Assembly (NCBI GenBank): GCA_964631325.1
Contig: CAZVWJ010000003.1
Location: 28,171-92,170 of the forward strand
DNA: 64,000 nucleotides
Direction of reading: 5' to 3'
Origin: an uncultured bacterium
GTDB taxonomy: Bacteria; T1Sed10-126
Part shown: positions 26,727 to 36,474 of the stretch, in pieces
Numbering within the stretch: the stretch's first letter is position 1
How the letters are laid out: every line of letters begins with the position of its first letter
Notes under the pieces: generated by a model
Seen by the model: only the letters and a program-made list of their open reading frames with translations
What the model was told of the DNA's origin: nothing
The model's database searches: none
Position numbers and translations under genes: made by a program

Positions 26727-29100
26727 TACTGCTTCCCTCCTTTTTGCCCGGAGAAAATGGATTGAGCATAGCGAATAATTTTCCGAGCGAAGTGCTTGTT
26801 TCTTTTTCCGTCGGTAAAAATGGATGAAATGATTCAAAAATTGCATAGAGCCCGATCAGGGTTGAAATACCGGCAAAAGCCATAATCAACATCATAAAAA
26901 CTCCCACTGTAACGTAAGGTCGCAGGGGGGAGACAAGCAGGGGGGAGAAACCGATAGCAATAACAACGCCGTTGCGGGCAATAGCCCGGGCCGGTTCGCC
27001 GACTATCCTTTCTCGCGCTTGTGGCCAACTGCCCTCTTCTTCAATTATCTGGCGGCCCCGCTGGATAAAGTGAATGGCGAAATCAACTGCAATCCCGATA
27101 CTCAGGGCCGAGAGGACGGCGACGGGCATATCGTAATCTTTGCCGATCCAGCCGATTAAGCCGTAAACAGAAACCAGGGTAAAAGTCAGGGGGACCAGGG
27201 CCATAAATGCCCAGCGGAAACTGCGGAACAACAGCAGTAACATTACAAAAATAACCAGGTAACTGCCGGCCAGGGCCCAGGCCATACCCCGGACCATGAC
27301 GTTCTGCCAGGTGAGATTAACAACTGTAATCCCGCCCCACTTCGGCTTTTTGGCCAGCTTGAGATCCGAGTGATTGACAAAGTTGTTGGTCATTTCTTTC
27401 ACGCGGGCCATAATCCGGTTATCACCACTTTTTAGATTAAACCAGATGTTAACCTTGTTTCCGTCGGAGCTAATTAAACGAAAGAGGTCCTGGGGGTTAC
27501 CGCTGTTCTGAAATAAGAACAGGTATTGTTGAACAGCCCGGGCCGTGTCGGGAAATTGAGTTTTCACTTGCCCGGCATGCAGTTCCCGGTGGATTTTGTT
27601 TACTATGCCGGAAATAGTGGTAACTTTACCGACGTTGGGAAGCGCCTGGATTTTAGTCTGTAATTTTTCCAGTCTTTGCAGGCTCTGTGGTTCATACCAG
27701 CCCCCCTTGCTTTTCTCTAAAACCAGATAAGCTGGATAAGAACCGACAAAAGCCTGGTTCAGGTAGCGATCCGCTTGCCGGATGGGATGCTGTTCGTGAA
27801 ACCAGCGGGTTGGGTTGTCGTTAACCTGGATTAAGCTCATTCCATACAACCCGGCGAGCACAATAATTAGGCCGAGGCTAATAACTATTTTCGGGTAGTC
27901 GCGGGCCAGACAGCCACACTCATCACTGCAGTGGACGAGCTGGCCGATCCACGACTCCTTGCCCCGGGATTCCGGGTGAGGAGTCCAGAGACGAGCCCCG
28001 GCTGGAATTACTGTAATAGTAGTTAAAAAGGCCAGTAGAATTCCAACGCCAACGGCAACCCCAAATACCTGGACCGGGGGAATCCCGGTCATGGCCAGGG
28101 AAATAAAGCCGGCGGCCGAGGTAAGGCTGGTGAACAGGATCGGATAAAAAATATCTTCGTATACTTCGGCGAGGACTTCACGATTGTTTGACTCTGAATG
28201 GGACCGGTCCGAGAAATCACTTAATATATGGATGCTGTCAACAACAGCCACCGGCAAAAGGAAAATTGGAATCATTGAACTCATTATATGGACGGTGTAA
28301 CCGAGGCCGATCAGACTGCCCATAATCCAGACTACGGTGACAACTGCCTGTAAAAGCGACCAGAAGACGAGACTGAAACTGCGGAAAAACAGAAGCATCA
28401 GCAGGCCGATAACAATAAAAGCCAGGGGGGCGGAAGTGGCCATCTGATAGAACATCTGGACGCCAAACGTTGTTTCTGCCACCGGCAGTCCGGTAACGTG
28501 AATTTTTCCGGCGCTCTCCGGTTGATCGGCCCAGAATTTATGAGCTAACTGGCGAACCTGGTAGCTGTGCGATTTTTCTTTAATTGGAACGAAGAGGGCG
28601 ATCCCGCCGGAACCACGATTTAAAATCATATTTTTAAGGACCGGATGGTCTTCTACCCGTTTGATTAATTTATCAACCTGCGCCTGGTCCTGTGGTGGTT
28701 TACGGAGGAAACGATCGACGTTTATTCCGCCGCCAAAACCTTCTATATCATCGCTTGTGTAGAGACTGAGGATATCTTCACTGATTACCCCCTCTTTCTT
28801 CTTAATTTTCCGGACCAGCTTATAGACTCGTTCCAGTCGCCTGGGAGTAATTTCTCGCTCCAGTTCGGGTGGTTCGATGGCAATCGCCACCATGTCGTGG
28901 AGAAAAAAGTTTGATTCGATTTTGCGATCACGAACCCTTGCCGGGTGCTCACGAGGGAGCATATCTTCGGGGTCTGTGTTTATCTTTACCGCAGGAAACT
29001 GATAAACCATGACAACTGTAACTACTGCAACCAGGCCAAAAAGTATATACGGGTGATCCCAGGAAAACCGGGACAACCAGCTTTTCCAGCTAAACTCCAT
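26716..29100 (-). CDS. RND-superfamily/MMPL-domain exporter (HpnN-like, two 6-TM halves)
   Basis: 794 aa with duplicated TM bundles and periplasmic loops. It is followed by LolA-like and beta-barrel genes. Confidence 0.75.
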   Translation of the reverse strand: MEFSWKSWLSRFSWDHPYILFGLVAVVTVVMVYQFPAVKINTDPEDMLPREHPARVRDRKIESNFFLHDMVAIAIEPPELEREITPRRLERVYKLVRKIKKKEGVISEDILSLYTSDDIEGFGGGINVDRFLRKPPQDQAQVDKLIKRVEDHPVLKNMILNRGSGGIALFVPIKEKSHSYQVRQLAHKFWADQPESAGKIHVTGLPVAETTFGVQMFYQMATSAPLAFIVIGLLMLLFFRSFSLVFWSLLQAVVTVVWIMGSLIGLGYTVHIMSSMIPIFLLPVAVVDSIHILSDFSDRSHSESNNREVLAEVYEDIFYPILFTSLTSAAGFISLAMTGIPPVQVFGVAVGVGILLAFLTTITVIPAGARLWTPHPESRGKESWIGQLVHCSDECGCLARDYPKIVISLGLIIVLAGLYGMSLIQVNDNPTRWFHEQHPIRQADRYLNQAFVGSYPAYLVLEKSKGGWYEPQSLQRLEKLQTKIQALPNVGKVTTISGIVNKIHRELHAGQVKTQFPDTARAVQQYLFLFQNSGNPQDLFRLISSDGNKVNIWFNLKSGDNRIMARVKEMTNNFVNHSDLKLAKKPKWGGITVVNLTWQNVMVRGMAWALAGSYLVIFVMLLLLFRSFRWAFMALVPLTFTLVSVYGLIGWIGKDYDMPVAVLSALSIGIAVDFAIHFIQRGRQIIEEEGSWPQARERIVGEPARAIARNGVVIAIGFSPLLVSPLRPYVTVGVFMMLIMAFAGISTLIGLYAIFESFHPFLPTEKETSTSLGKLFAMLNPFSPGKKEGSSNES

Positions 29101-29165
29101 CGTTAGTTCCTCCTCAGGTAAACTGTAGACTAAATATCAGTCTGAATTAAATCCTGTTACTTGGT

Positions 29166-29477
29166 TTAATTTTTTACGAATTCCCGGATTTGAGCTTCCG
29201 GTTGCACGCCGGTGAACTCATCGGCAATTTCCCCATCCTCAAAAATTTTAACGGCCGGGATACCGCGGATACCAAATTTCTGGGCAACCTGTTTGTTTTC
29301 ATCCACGTTAAGTTTCACGAGCTTCACGTCGTTTTCTTCGCAGACGTCCTCCAGGATTGGCCCGATCATCTGGCAGGGACCGCACCAGGGAGCCCAGAAA
29401 TCTACAACAATTTTTTCTTCGTTGGATTGCTCGATTACTTCTTTCTCAAATTGGGCGTCGGATATTTCAAGTGCCAT
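29166..29477 (-). CDS. trxA: Thioredoxin
   Basis: The active site is WAPWCGPC. Confidence 0.9.
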   Translation of the reverse strand: MALEISDAQFEKEVIEQSNEEKIVVDFWAPWCGPCQMIGPILEDVCEENDVKLVKLNVDENKQVAQKFGIRGIPAVKIFEDGEIADEFTGVQPEAQIREFVKN

Positions 29478-29500
29478 CTTATCAACCTCACAAAAAAGAA

Positions 29501-29857
29501 TTAAAAGACTTCTTCGTTCTCCTCTATACTGTTTAAAATATCCAGGTCCGATTCTATCTGACTTTTAATACATTTGAAAGCACAGCAACAAAGTTCGAGG
29601 GTTTCCTCCCCGGTAAGTTTGTAAATGTTTTCCATCCCTTCCTTGTTTCGGGAGACAATGGAGTGCTCCAGTAATATTCCCAGGTGCTTGGAAATATTTG
29701 CCTGGCTTCCTCCCAGTTTTTCGTGCAGCCAGCTAACGTTCCGGGGCTGTTCACTTAACTCCCGGACGATCTTAAGCCGAAGCGGGTGCGAGAGTGCCCG
29801 AAAAATACTGGCTATTTTATCAAAATACTTTTCTGGTTGTTTATCGGCAACTGCCAT
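29501..29857 (-). CDS. ArsR/SmtB family transcriptional regulator
   Basis: A winged-HTH region LSHPLRLKIVRELSEQ...ANISKHLGIL. Confidence 0.8.
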   Translation of the reverse strand: MAVADKQPEKYFDKIASIFRALSHPLRLKIVRELSEQPRNVSWLHEKLGGSQANISKHLGILLEHSIVSRNKEGMENIYKLTGEETLELCCCAFKCIKSQIESDLDILNSIEENEEVF

Positions 29858-29904
29858 CTAACTTCACGTCCATTAATAATGTTTTTTCAACGGTAAATAA
29901 GTAT

Positions 29905-29920
29905 ATAACTATATAGTTAT
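29905..29920. promoter_or_regulatory. 16-bp perfect palindrome ATAACTATATAGTTAT about 50 nt upstream of arsR. Candidate operator.
   Basis: Read directly from the sequence. ArsR/SmtB proteins bind inverted repeats at their own promoters. Confidence 0.4.
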
Positions 29921-30289
29921 CAAGTCAAGAAAAAAACATCCTGCCAAAAAATTAAAATATGAAACGAATTTATTGAATAGCAGTTAAGGTGAAGTGGGAC
30001 AGTGGATGCAAGCAGAGAAACATAAATCGTGGGGTATGACGGCGTACACGCTTTAAAATCCGTTAAACAGGGAGCACGATCCACTACTTAATGAAGAATT
30101 CAAGGACGACGTTAAACATTTACGTTCATTCTTAAAAATCCTTCTGGACTCTGGGCCGCGGTTACTTCACTCTCCTGTCCTGAATAACTTTTTGAAGTTT
30201 TGTTGCTAAATCAGTTTAGCCAAACAAATTGCTGTCCAAAAGTTGGCGGGAGTAATACAATAGATAAAAGTTAAATCCAATTATTTTTT

Positions 30290-30841
30290 GTGGTGGTAAA
30301 AATGATTGTTTCTGCAAGTACGATTAAAACTATCGCCGAGGCAATTTACTTTCCGTTTCTGTGGCGGTTAATTGCCGCCTACAGTCAGCACTTATTTATT
30401 CTCCTGCTGGCCGGGCTCTGGCTCTACTGGCTGGTTAGGCGCACCCGAGAAACCTGGCGGCTGCCGGGTTCAATTACGGCGGGGCTGGCCCTGGGCGTGC
30501 CAATTAATGAGTTATTAAAATCACTCTTCGGCCGGGCGCGGCCGTTTGTCGCCGGTAATTTCACTCCCCTGGTAGAACACGCCGCCGACTCCGCCCTGCC
30601 CAGCAACCACGCCATGGCCACCGCTGTCTTCACTTACGGATTCTGCCGGCTGACGGGAAAAGCCTGGAGCGGGCTAATCGCGGCACTTACTTTACTGGTC
30701 GGGGTTGCCCGCGTAATTACCGGTCTGCATTTTCCAATAGATATCCTCGCCGGGTGGCTCGTCGGCGCTCTATGCGGTGCGGCCGGCGAATTCTTAACCG
30801 GTTACCTGGAAAAATGGACCTTAGAAAATTTCCCTTTTTAA
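30290..30841 (+). CDS. PAP2-family phosphatase (undecaprenyl-diphosphatase-like)
   Basis: The PAP2 motifs KxxxxxxRP (RARPF), PSNH (the sequence reads PSNHA) and SRxxxxxHxxxD-like (GLHFPIDILAG). Confidence 0.75.
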   Translation: MVVKMIVSASTIKTIAEAIYFPFLWRLIAAYSQHLFILLLAGLWLYWLVRRTRETWRLPGSITAGLALGVPINELLKSLFGRARPFVAGNFTPLVEHAADSALPSNHAMATAVFTYGFCRLTGKAWSGLIAALTLLVGVARVITGLHFPIDILAGWLVGALCGAAGEFLTGYLEKWTLENFPF

Positions 30842-30848
30842 CTTCCCC

Positions 30849-30893
30849 TCTCCGCAATTGCGCAATTGCGGGGATACGCAAATTCAATGTTTG
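30849..30893. repeat. CAATTG-palindrome repeat, family C, copy 2
   Basis: ccgcaattgcgcaattgcggggatacgcaaattcaatgttt, immediately after the PAP2 stop codon. Confidence 0.8.
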
Positions 30894-30929
30894 GTAATTA
30901 TTAATTTAATTAGGTATATTATTGCAAAG

Positions 30930-31137
30930 CAGAACTTTCTAATGACATCTTAACGTCATTCCGGGTGGAGGCGCGAAGCGCCGGAAACCCGGAATCCATC
31001 GTTCTTTGAATTATGGATTGCCAGGTCATCCAGCACTCAATCGTGAGCCACCAGGTGAAACTTTGTGACTTTTTCAGCAACTCCCCGATTGAGTGCTGGA
31101 CGGCAATGACAGTTCGTTAGAAAGTTGTTATTGCAAA
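30930..31137. mobile_element. MITE-like element, family D, copy 2, with TIRs, an 11-bp flanking direct repeat (ttattgcaaag) and a nested 75-nt palindromic insertion
   Basis: The left end is cagaactttctaatgac...gtcattccgg. The right end is ccggcaatgacagttcgttagaaagttg, which is inverted relative to the left end. ttattgcaaag occurs at 30919-30929 and again at 31127-31137. The internal insert tccagcactcaatcg...cgattgagtgctgga is absent from copy 1. Confidence 0.7.
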
Positions 31138-31198
31138 GTTGATTTAATTGTATCGTGGTCTGATTGGGGATTAAAAATTGTAACGGGGAGGTGGAAAC

Positions 31199-31513
31199 GT
31201 GGAGATTTCTATTAAATTAGGGGGATTGTTTCTGGGCGTGTTGATCCGGACGTGGCTGCCGTTTTTTCGGAAAATGAAGCAGGGAAAAATCAGCCGGTTT
31301 GAGTACAAATACCTGCACCAGGCGCTGGGCTCAACCATAATTGCCCTGGTAGCGGTGCTGTTGATACTGCCCCGGTTTCAGGCGGAGCCGCCGGCTGTTT
31401 TAACAACGGTGGAGGCAATTAAGTATTTTGCCACCGCGTTTGCGTTTGGTTTTGGCTCCAACTCGCTGATCAACGAACTGCTGGAGTGGAAAGAAGAAAA
31501 AAACGAAAATTAA
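31199..31513 (+). CDS. Hypothetical small membrane protein
   Basis: 104 aa with about three TM helices. Confidence 0.4.
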   Translation: MEISIKLGGLFLGVLIRTWLPFFRKMKQGKISRFEYKYLHQALGSTIIALVAVLLILPRFQAEPPAVLTTVEAIKYFATAFAFGFGSNSLINELLEWKEEKNEN

Positions 31514-32763
31514 TCCGGTTCCATAGCGGCCACGTCGGACGGTAGAGAATCTACCCCTTCGACCCGGAAGATAACCAGCAACAGGGCGCCGCTGGCGAGG
31601 ACGGCACCAAACCAGAACGGCGTCTGAAAGGGCGCATAGCTGACGAGGACACCACTGATCGAGGGACCCAGCCCAATGCCCAGGCCAAAAGCCATGGAGA
31701 GCAGGCTTAACTCTCGGCCCCGTGCTTCCCGGCCCGACTTGTCCGCGCCGAGTGCAAAAGTGGAAACCGAAATCGAGGCCATCGACAGGCCCTGCAGAAC
31801 CCGGCAGAGCAGAAGCTGGAGGGTGGTTTGGACGTAGCCGATCGTGACAGTCACCGGGATTAACAACACCAGGCCCGAGATGATCAATATTTTCCGCCCA
31901 ATATGATCCGAAAGCCGGCCGAGGGGCAGTTGGAAGATAATTACTGCAAAAATCAGGCTACTAAAAATAAGCCCAAAGTCAGCGGCAGTCTGTCCGAGCC
32001 GGTGGTTAAATTCATTTTCCAGGGAAGCGATCAGGGAGACACAGACCGCCTGGGAAAAAAGCGGAGCGGCGAGATAATAAAATTTTGTCATCGCCGGCTT
32101 AAAGAATCTCCCGTAAGCCGCCCACAGACTTTCTTTCTTATTTTCTGAGCTCGAGACATCAGGTTCCCGGACAAGCAGATAAACGAGTATACTGCCCAGC
32201 CAGCCCATGCCCGCGCCCAGCAAAAGCACCGGGGTAAAACCGACAATTCCAACGAGATAGCCGGTGACCAGCGGGCCAATGGAAAATCCAAACAACCGCA
32301 TTATATTGAAAAAACCGAGCGCCGTGCCCCGGTTCTCAGGCACAGTATACTCGGTCATCAGGGCAAAAGAAGGAGGAATAGTGAGAGCAACGCCGAGCCC
32401 CTGGAGTAAGCGGAGAAAAAACATCGCGAAAAAACTGCCGGCAAAAATAAAGGACGCAGTACAGGTGGCGTAAACAAGGAGACCGCTGATAATAAACGGT
32501 TTATTCCGGCGCAGACGGTCACGCCAGACACCAACAGAAGGCTGAGTCAGGGAGTTGACCAGGCCAAAAGTGGAAAGCAAAATTCCAATCAAGAGTGTCG
32601 TCGGCAGGTCTAAAAAATTAATTCCCTGGTGTTTAACGTAGAGGGGGATTAAGATGATCAGTGAACTGGCGCCAAAAGCGTCAGCCATGCGAGCAAATCC
32701 AAGCAGGAAAACTGGCCGCGTTATCCCCCATCGTTTGAGCAAATTTTTTAATTTAAATAACAT
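31510..32763 (-). CDS. MFS transporter
   Basis: 12 TM helices. The MFS loop motif GxLxDRxGRK-like (GRLSDHIGRK) is present. Confidence 0.8.
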   Translation of the reverse strand: MLFKLKNLLKRWGITRPVFLLGFARMADAFGASSLIILIPLYVKHQGINFLDLPTTLLIGILLSTFGLVNSLTQPSVGVWRDRLRRNKPFIISGLLVYATCTASFIFAGSFFAMFFLRLLQGLGVALTIPPSFALMTEYTVPENRGTALGFFNIMRLFGFSIGPLVTGYLVGIVGFTPVLLLGAGMGWLGSILVYLLVREPDVSSSENKKESLWAAYGRFFKPAMTKFYYLAAPLFSQAVCVSLIASLENEFNHRLGQTAADFGLIFSSLIFAVIIFQLPLGRLSDHIGRKILIISGLVLLIPVTVTIGYVQTTLQLLLCRVLQGLSMASISVSTFALGADKSGREARGRELSLLSMAFGLGIGLGPSISGVLVSYAPFQTPFWFGAVLASGALLLVIFRVEGVDSLPSDVAAMEPD

Positions 32764-32770
32764 TTAAGTT

Positions 32771-33064
32771 TCAGGTAAGACGGTTTTCAACTGGCAGAAC
32801 CAGGGCCTGCAGGTGGTAGTGCGAGGGCTTGGATTGCTTGAATTCATCAAGTTCCGCCAACAGCGGTTCAACCTGGTCCGCTTCTACCTGGGCCTGAATT
32901 ACACTGGAATTTCCCGGGTGAACCTTGGTGCCGAAATGTTTCCCGTCACAGTCCTTCCCTTCGATAAGCGGGTAAGAGACGTAATTTTTAACCTGGTGTT
33001 CATCGAGTAAATCCTTGATGACTTCTTCGTATTCAAAGTGAAAACTTATCTGCAGTAATTTCAT
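32771..33064 (-). CDS. Small protein downstream of the RND pump (DUF3240/P-II-like?)
   Basis: 97 aa, separated from the RND gene by 2 nt. The family assignment is tentative. Confidence 0.4.
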   Translation of the reverse strand: MKLLQISFHFEYEEVIKDLLDEHQVKNYVSYPLIEGKDCDGKHFGTKVHPGNSSVIQAQVEADQVEPLLAELDEFKQSKPSHYHLQALVLPVENRLT

Positions 33065-33066
33065 TG

Positions 33067-36000
33067 TTAGCCTCCCAGCTCCTCCCTGGTCCCCGGCAAC
33101 AGCAGAACCGCAACGCCAAGCCCACCAAGGACAAGCAAAATTAAGCCGGTCTTTTCCAGGGCCAGTTGGGGGAAAATCGACTGCAGACGGCCCGGGGTCA
33201 ACCAGAAGCTAAATCCGACCAGTCCGACTAAAGCAAACAATGGTGTTAAGAAATTCCCGAAAGTACTGCGGGTAAATAAGACCAGGGCAAACAAGAAAGC
33301 GATCAACCCGCAAAATACCAGGCCTGTCACCTGGGGAACGCCCTGCACAACAAACCCACCGAGATAGAGACACCAGCCGCCGGCGGCAACCAGCAGAGCT
33401 CCAAAAATATAGAGAAGGAGACAATTAGGTTCATCGCAGATCCAGCCGGTTAACTCCGAGAGCAAGGTATAGACGACAGGAATAACAACCAGGGTGAGCA
33501 GGGTGGCGGAGAACATACCGCCGGCAACCGCCCAACCCATCGGAGCCCGCGCTTCCCCACCGACACCGTAGCCGAAGGCAATTGGCATCATTCCACAGAT
33601 GGTGGAAATCGCAGTCATCAGGACGGGCCGGAAACGGACATGACCGGCCCGGGTCACGGAGGTACGCAGGTCATTCCCGCGCTCGACGAGTATGTTTGTG
33701 TAGTCCACCAATAAAATCCCGTTCTTGGTAACCAGCCCGACGAGCATAATTGTGCCAATAAAAGAAAACACGTTAAACGTCATATCAAAGGCGTAGAGCA
33801 TGCCGTAAGCACCAACCCCAGCCAGGGGCAAAGTGGCGAGAATAGTCAGCGGATGAAGCCACGACTCAAACTGGGCGGACATGACGAGATAGACAAAAAT
33901 AATTCCGAGAATCAAGGAATTGGTAAGATACTGGAAGGATTCCTGCATATTTTCGGCCTGACCGGTAGTCTCCCAGTCAAATCCCGCGGGAAGTGATTTC
34001 AAACGACTTCGCAATTTACTCAGGGCCTCACCGAGCACGACGTCCGGGGGTGTGGAAGCAGAAACAATAGCGGCCCGCATCCGGTTGAAGTGACCGATTT
34101 CACTGGGCCCGACGGACTCCCTGATTTCCACCAGGTTATCGAGGGCAATAAGTTCACCGGCTTGACTGCGCACGTAAATATCTTTGAGGACTGCCGGCAC
34201 TGTCTGTCCCTGTTGTTTTAACTCAGTAATTACTTCGTAGCGTTCGGTGCCCCGTTCGATCTCCGAGATATCCGGCTCCCCCAGCAGATACTGCAGGGTG
34301 CGGGAAATCTGGGCGGCGGAGACACCGAGCTGATAGGCTTTGTCCCGGTTGATCTTCACGTTAACCTGGGGTTTGTCCATCGAGAGATCGGCCTGGACAC
34401 CAACAAACTCGGATTGTTTCTTCATCCACTCGACGAGATTATCTTTACGCCGGGCGAGCGTCTGGAGTTCAGTGTGCTTGAGAGCAACCGCTAACGGCGC
34501 CCGGTTGCCGCCGCCCGGCCCCCCGGCCTCGGTGACGTAAGCCCGCCCCCCGGGAATCTCGCCGAGCCGTTCTCTGACTTCCTGCATCAATTGCACCTGG
34601 TGTGTCTGCCGCTGATCCCGCGGTATCAATTTCACAAAACTCATGCCTTCGTTCACCTGGCCCGGCCCACTGCGCGAGAGACCAACCGCCAGGAAGAAAT
34701 GTTCCACTTCCGGCATTTCTTTTAGCGCCGCTTCGAGTTGACTGGCATATTTTTCCGTTTCCGAGAGAGTTGCTCCCTCGGGGGTCTCAAAAGAAATCAT
34801 AAATTCACCGCTATCCACCTGGGGAGCAAATTCCTTGTCAAGACCGGAGAAGAAAAAGATCCCGAAACCGAGCGCCAGAAGCGCCAGCAAAACAACCAAC
34901 CAGCGGTGATCAAGGCTCCAGTTCAATAACGTGTCATAAAGGTTAGTCAATCCCGCCAGGAAATTATCAATCCAGCGACTGAGCGTGGATTCTTTGTCGG
35001 GGACGGAGAGGAAGCGGGAACAGAGCATCGGGGTCAGGGTGAGGGCCGTAAAGGTTGAGGCAAAAATAGTTACTGTGGCCGTAATTCCAAATTCAAAAAA
35101 CAGCCGGCCAATCATGCCCTTGGTGAAAGCAACCGGGATAAAGACGGCGCCGAGAGAGAGGGTGTTGGCAATCGTTGCAAAAGCGACTTCCGTAGTTCCC
35201 AGCCGGGCCGCCGGACGGGCGGAGGCACCCGCCTCCAGTTCGGTATAGGAACTCTCGAGAACGACGATGGCATCATCAACTACAATTCCGATGACAAGAA
35301 TAAAGGCCAGCATAGTGAGCACGTTCATACTGAAATTAAAGCTATAGATCAAAGCAAAGCCAACAGCCAGCGAAGTCGGTATCGAGACGGCGGAAATTAT
35401 TGTGCCGCCGACGGAACGGAGAAAGAAGATTATCACAAAAATAACGAGCAGAGTGGCAATCCCAATAGTTGTCTGCAGGTCAAAAATCATGTTCCGGATA
35501 AACCGGGAATCATCACTGGCAATTTTGTAATTGAGCCCGGGCGGAAACTGTTGCGAAATCTTTTTCATCTGCTCTTTAACCGAGGCGGCGAGCTCGACAG
35601 TATTTGCATCGGACTGTTTAACAATTCCGAGCCCGATCGCCGGCTCCCCGGTAAACCGGGAGAAGGCCCGCTCGTTTTCGATTCCGGCTACCGCCCGGCC
35701 GACATCCTCCAGGCGCACGGGAGCGCCTTTGTACTGGCCGACGATAATCCGGTTGAATGGTTCCGGGCCGGAGAACTGGCCCTCGGTTTTAACCAGGAAT
35801 TCCCGTTTTGTTCCTTCAATCCGGCCGGAAGGGATATCCACGTTATTTGCCCGAATTGCGCCAATTACATCCTGGATGGTCAACTGGTGGGCGGCCAGCT
35901 TATCGTGGGCAAGCTTGATCCGTACCGCGTAACGACGTTCACCGCCAATCTGGACCTGGCCGACTCCCTGGATTGTTTCCAGCTGGTCTTTTATCTGGTT

Positions 36001-36474
36001 CTCAGCGTATTTGGACATGCGGTTCAGTTTCCAGCGGTTATTTCCCTGCAGGGTGATCCAGATTATCGAACGGGCGTCGGGATCCATCTTCTGGACTATC
36101 GGTGATTCTATCCCCGCGGGAAGCTCCCGCCGGGCCCGTTCGACACGGTCACGAACGTCCTGGACGGCAATGTCAATGTCCCGCCACAGCTCAAATTCCG
36201 CCGTAACAGTGCCCACCTGTTCACGCGCCGTGGACTTGAGCGTTTTCAAACCTTCTATCGTGTTAATTTCTTCCTCGAGTGGCTCGAGGATTTCAGTCTC
36301 GACAACTTCCGGCTCCGCCCCGGGCAAAACCACGTTAACGTTAACAATCGGGAAATCAACGTCGGGAAAATTGCGGACAGCAATGTGCTGGTAACCGTAG
36401 ATCCCAAAAATGGCGAGAACTAAAAATATTACAACAGTAAAGACCGGGCGTTTAATACAGTAATTCCAGATCAT
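33067..36474 (-). CDS. Efflux RND transporter permease (AcrB/CzcA family) with an extra C-terminal TM extension of about 130 aa
   Basis: 1135 aa. Classic RND TM and porter-domain pattern. The C-terminal hydrophobic tail after the usual end is unusual. Confidence 0.85.
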   Translation of the reverse strand: MIWNYCIKRPVFTVVIFLVLAIFGIYGYQHIAVRNFPDVDFPIVNVNVVLPGAEPEVVETEILEPLEEEINTIEGLKTLKSTAREQVGTVTAEFELWRDIDIAVQDVRDRVERARRELPAGIESPIVQKMDPDARSIIWITLQGNNRWKLNRMSKYAENQIKDQLETIQGVGQVQIGGERRYAVRIKLAHDKLAAHQLTIQDVIGAIRANNVDIPSGRIEGTKREFLVKTEGQFSGPEPFNRIIVGQYKGAPVRLEDVGRAVAGIENERAFSRFTGEPAIGLGIVKQSDANTVELAASVKEQMKKISQQFPPGLNYKIASDDSRFIRNMIFDLQTTIGIATLLVIFVIIFFLRSVGGTIISAVSIPTSLAVGFALIYSFNFSMNVLTMLAFILVIGIVVDDAIVVLESSYTELEAGASARPAARLGTTEVAFATIANTLSLGAVFIPVAFTKGMIGRLFFEFGITATVTIFASTFTALTLTPMLCSRFLSVPDKESTLSRWIDNFLAGLTNLYDTLLNWSLDHRWLVVLLALLALGFGIFFFSGLDKEFAPQVDSGEFMISFETPEGATLSETEKYASQLEAALKEMPEVEHFFLAVGLSRSGPGQVNEGMSFVKLIPRDQRQTHQVQLMQEVRERLGEIPGGRAYVTEAGGPGGGNRAPLAVALKHTELQTLARRKDNLVEWMKKQSEFVGVQADLSMDKPQVNVKINRDKAYQLGVSAAQISRTLQYLLGEPDISEIERGTERYEVITELKQQGQTVPAVLKDIYVRSQAGELIALDNLVEIRESVGPSEIGHFNRMRAAIVSASTPPDVVLGEALSKLRSRLKSLPAGFDWETTGQAENMQESFQYLTNSLILGIIFVYLVMSAQFESWLHPLTILATLPLAGVGAYGMLYAFDMTFNVFSFIGTIMLVGLVTKNGILLVDYTNILVERGNDLRTSVTRAGHVRFRPVLMTAISTICGMMPIAFGYGVGGEARAPMGWAVAGGMFSATLLTLVVIPVVYTLLSELTGWICDEPNCLLLYIFGALLVAAGGWCLYLGGFVVQGVPQVTGLVFCGLIAFLFALVLFTRSTFGNFLTPLFALVGLVGFSFWLTPGRLQSIFPQLALEKTGLILLVLGGLGVAVLLLPGTREELGG

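Noticed and set aside
35531-36394. Plus-strand ORFs of 127-184 aa
   Set aside because: They are antisense to the RND permease gene.
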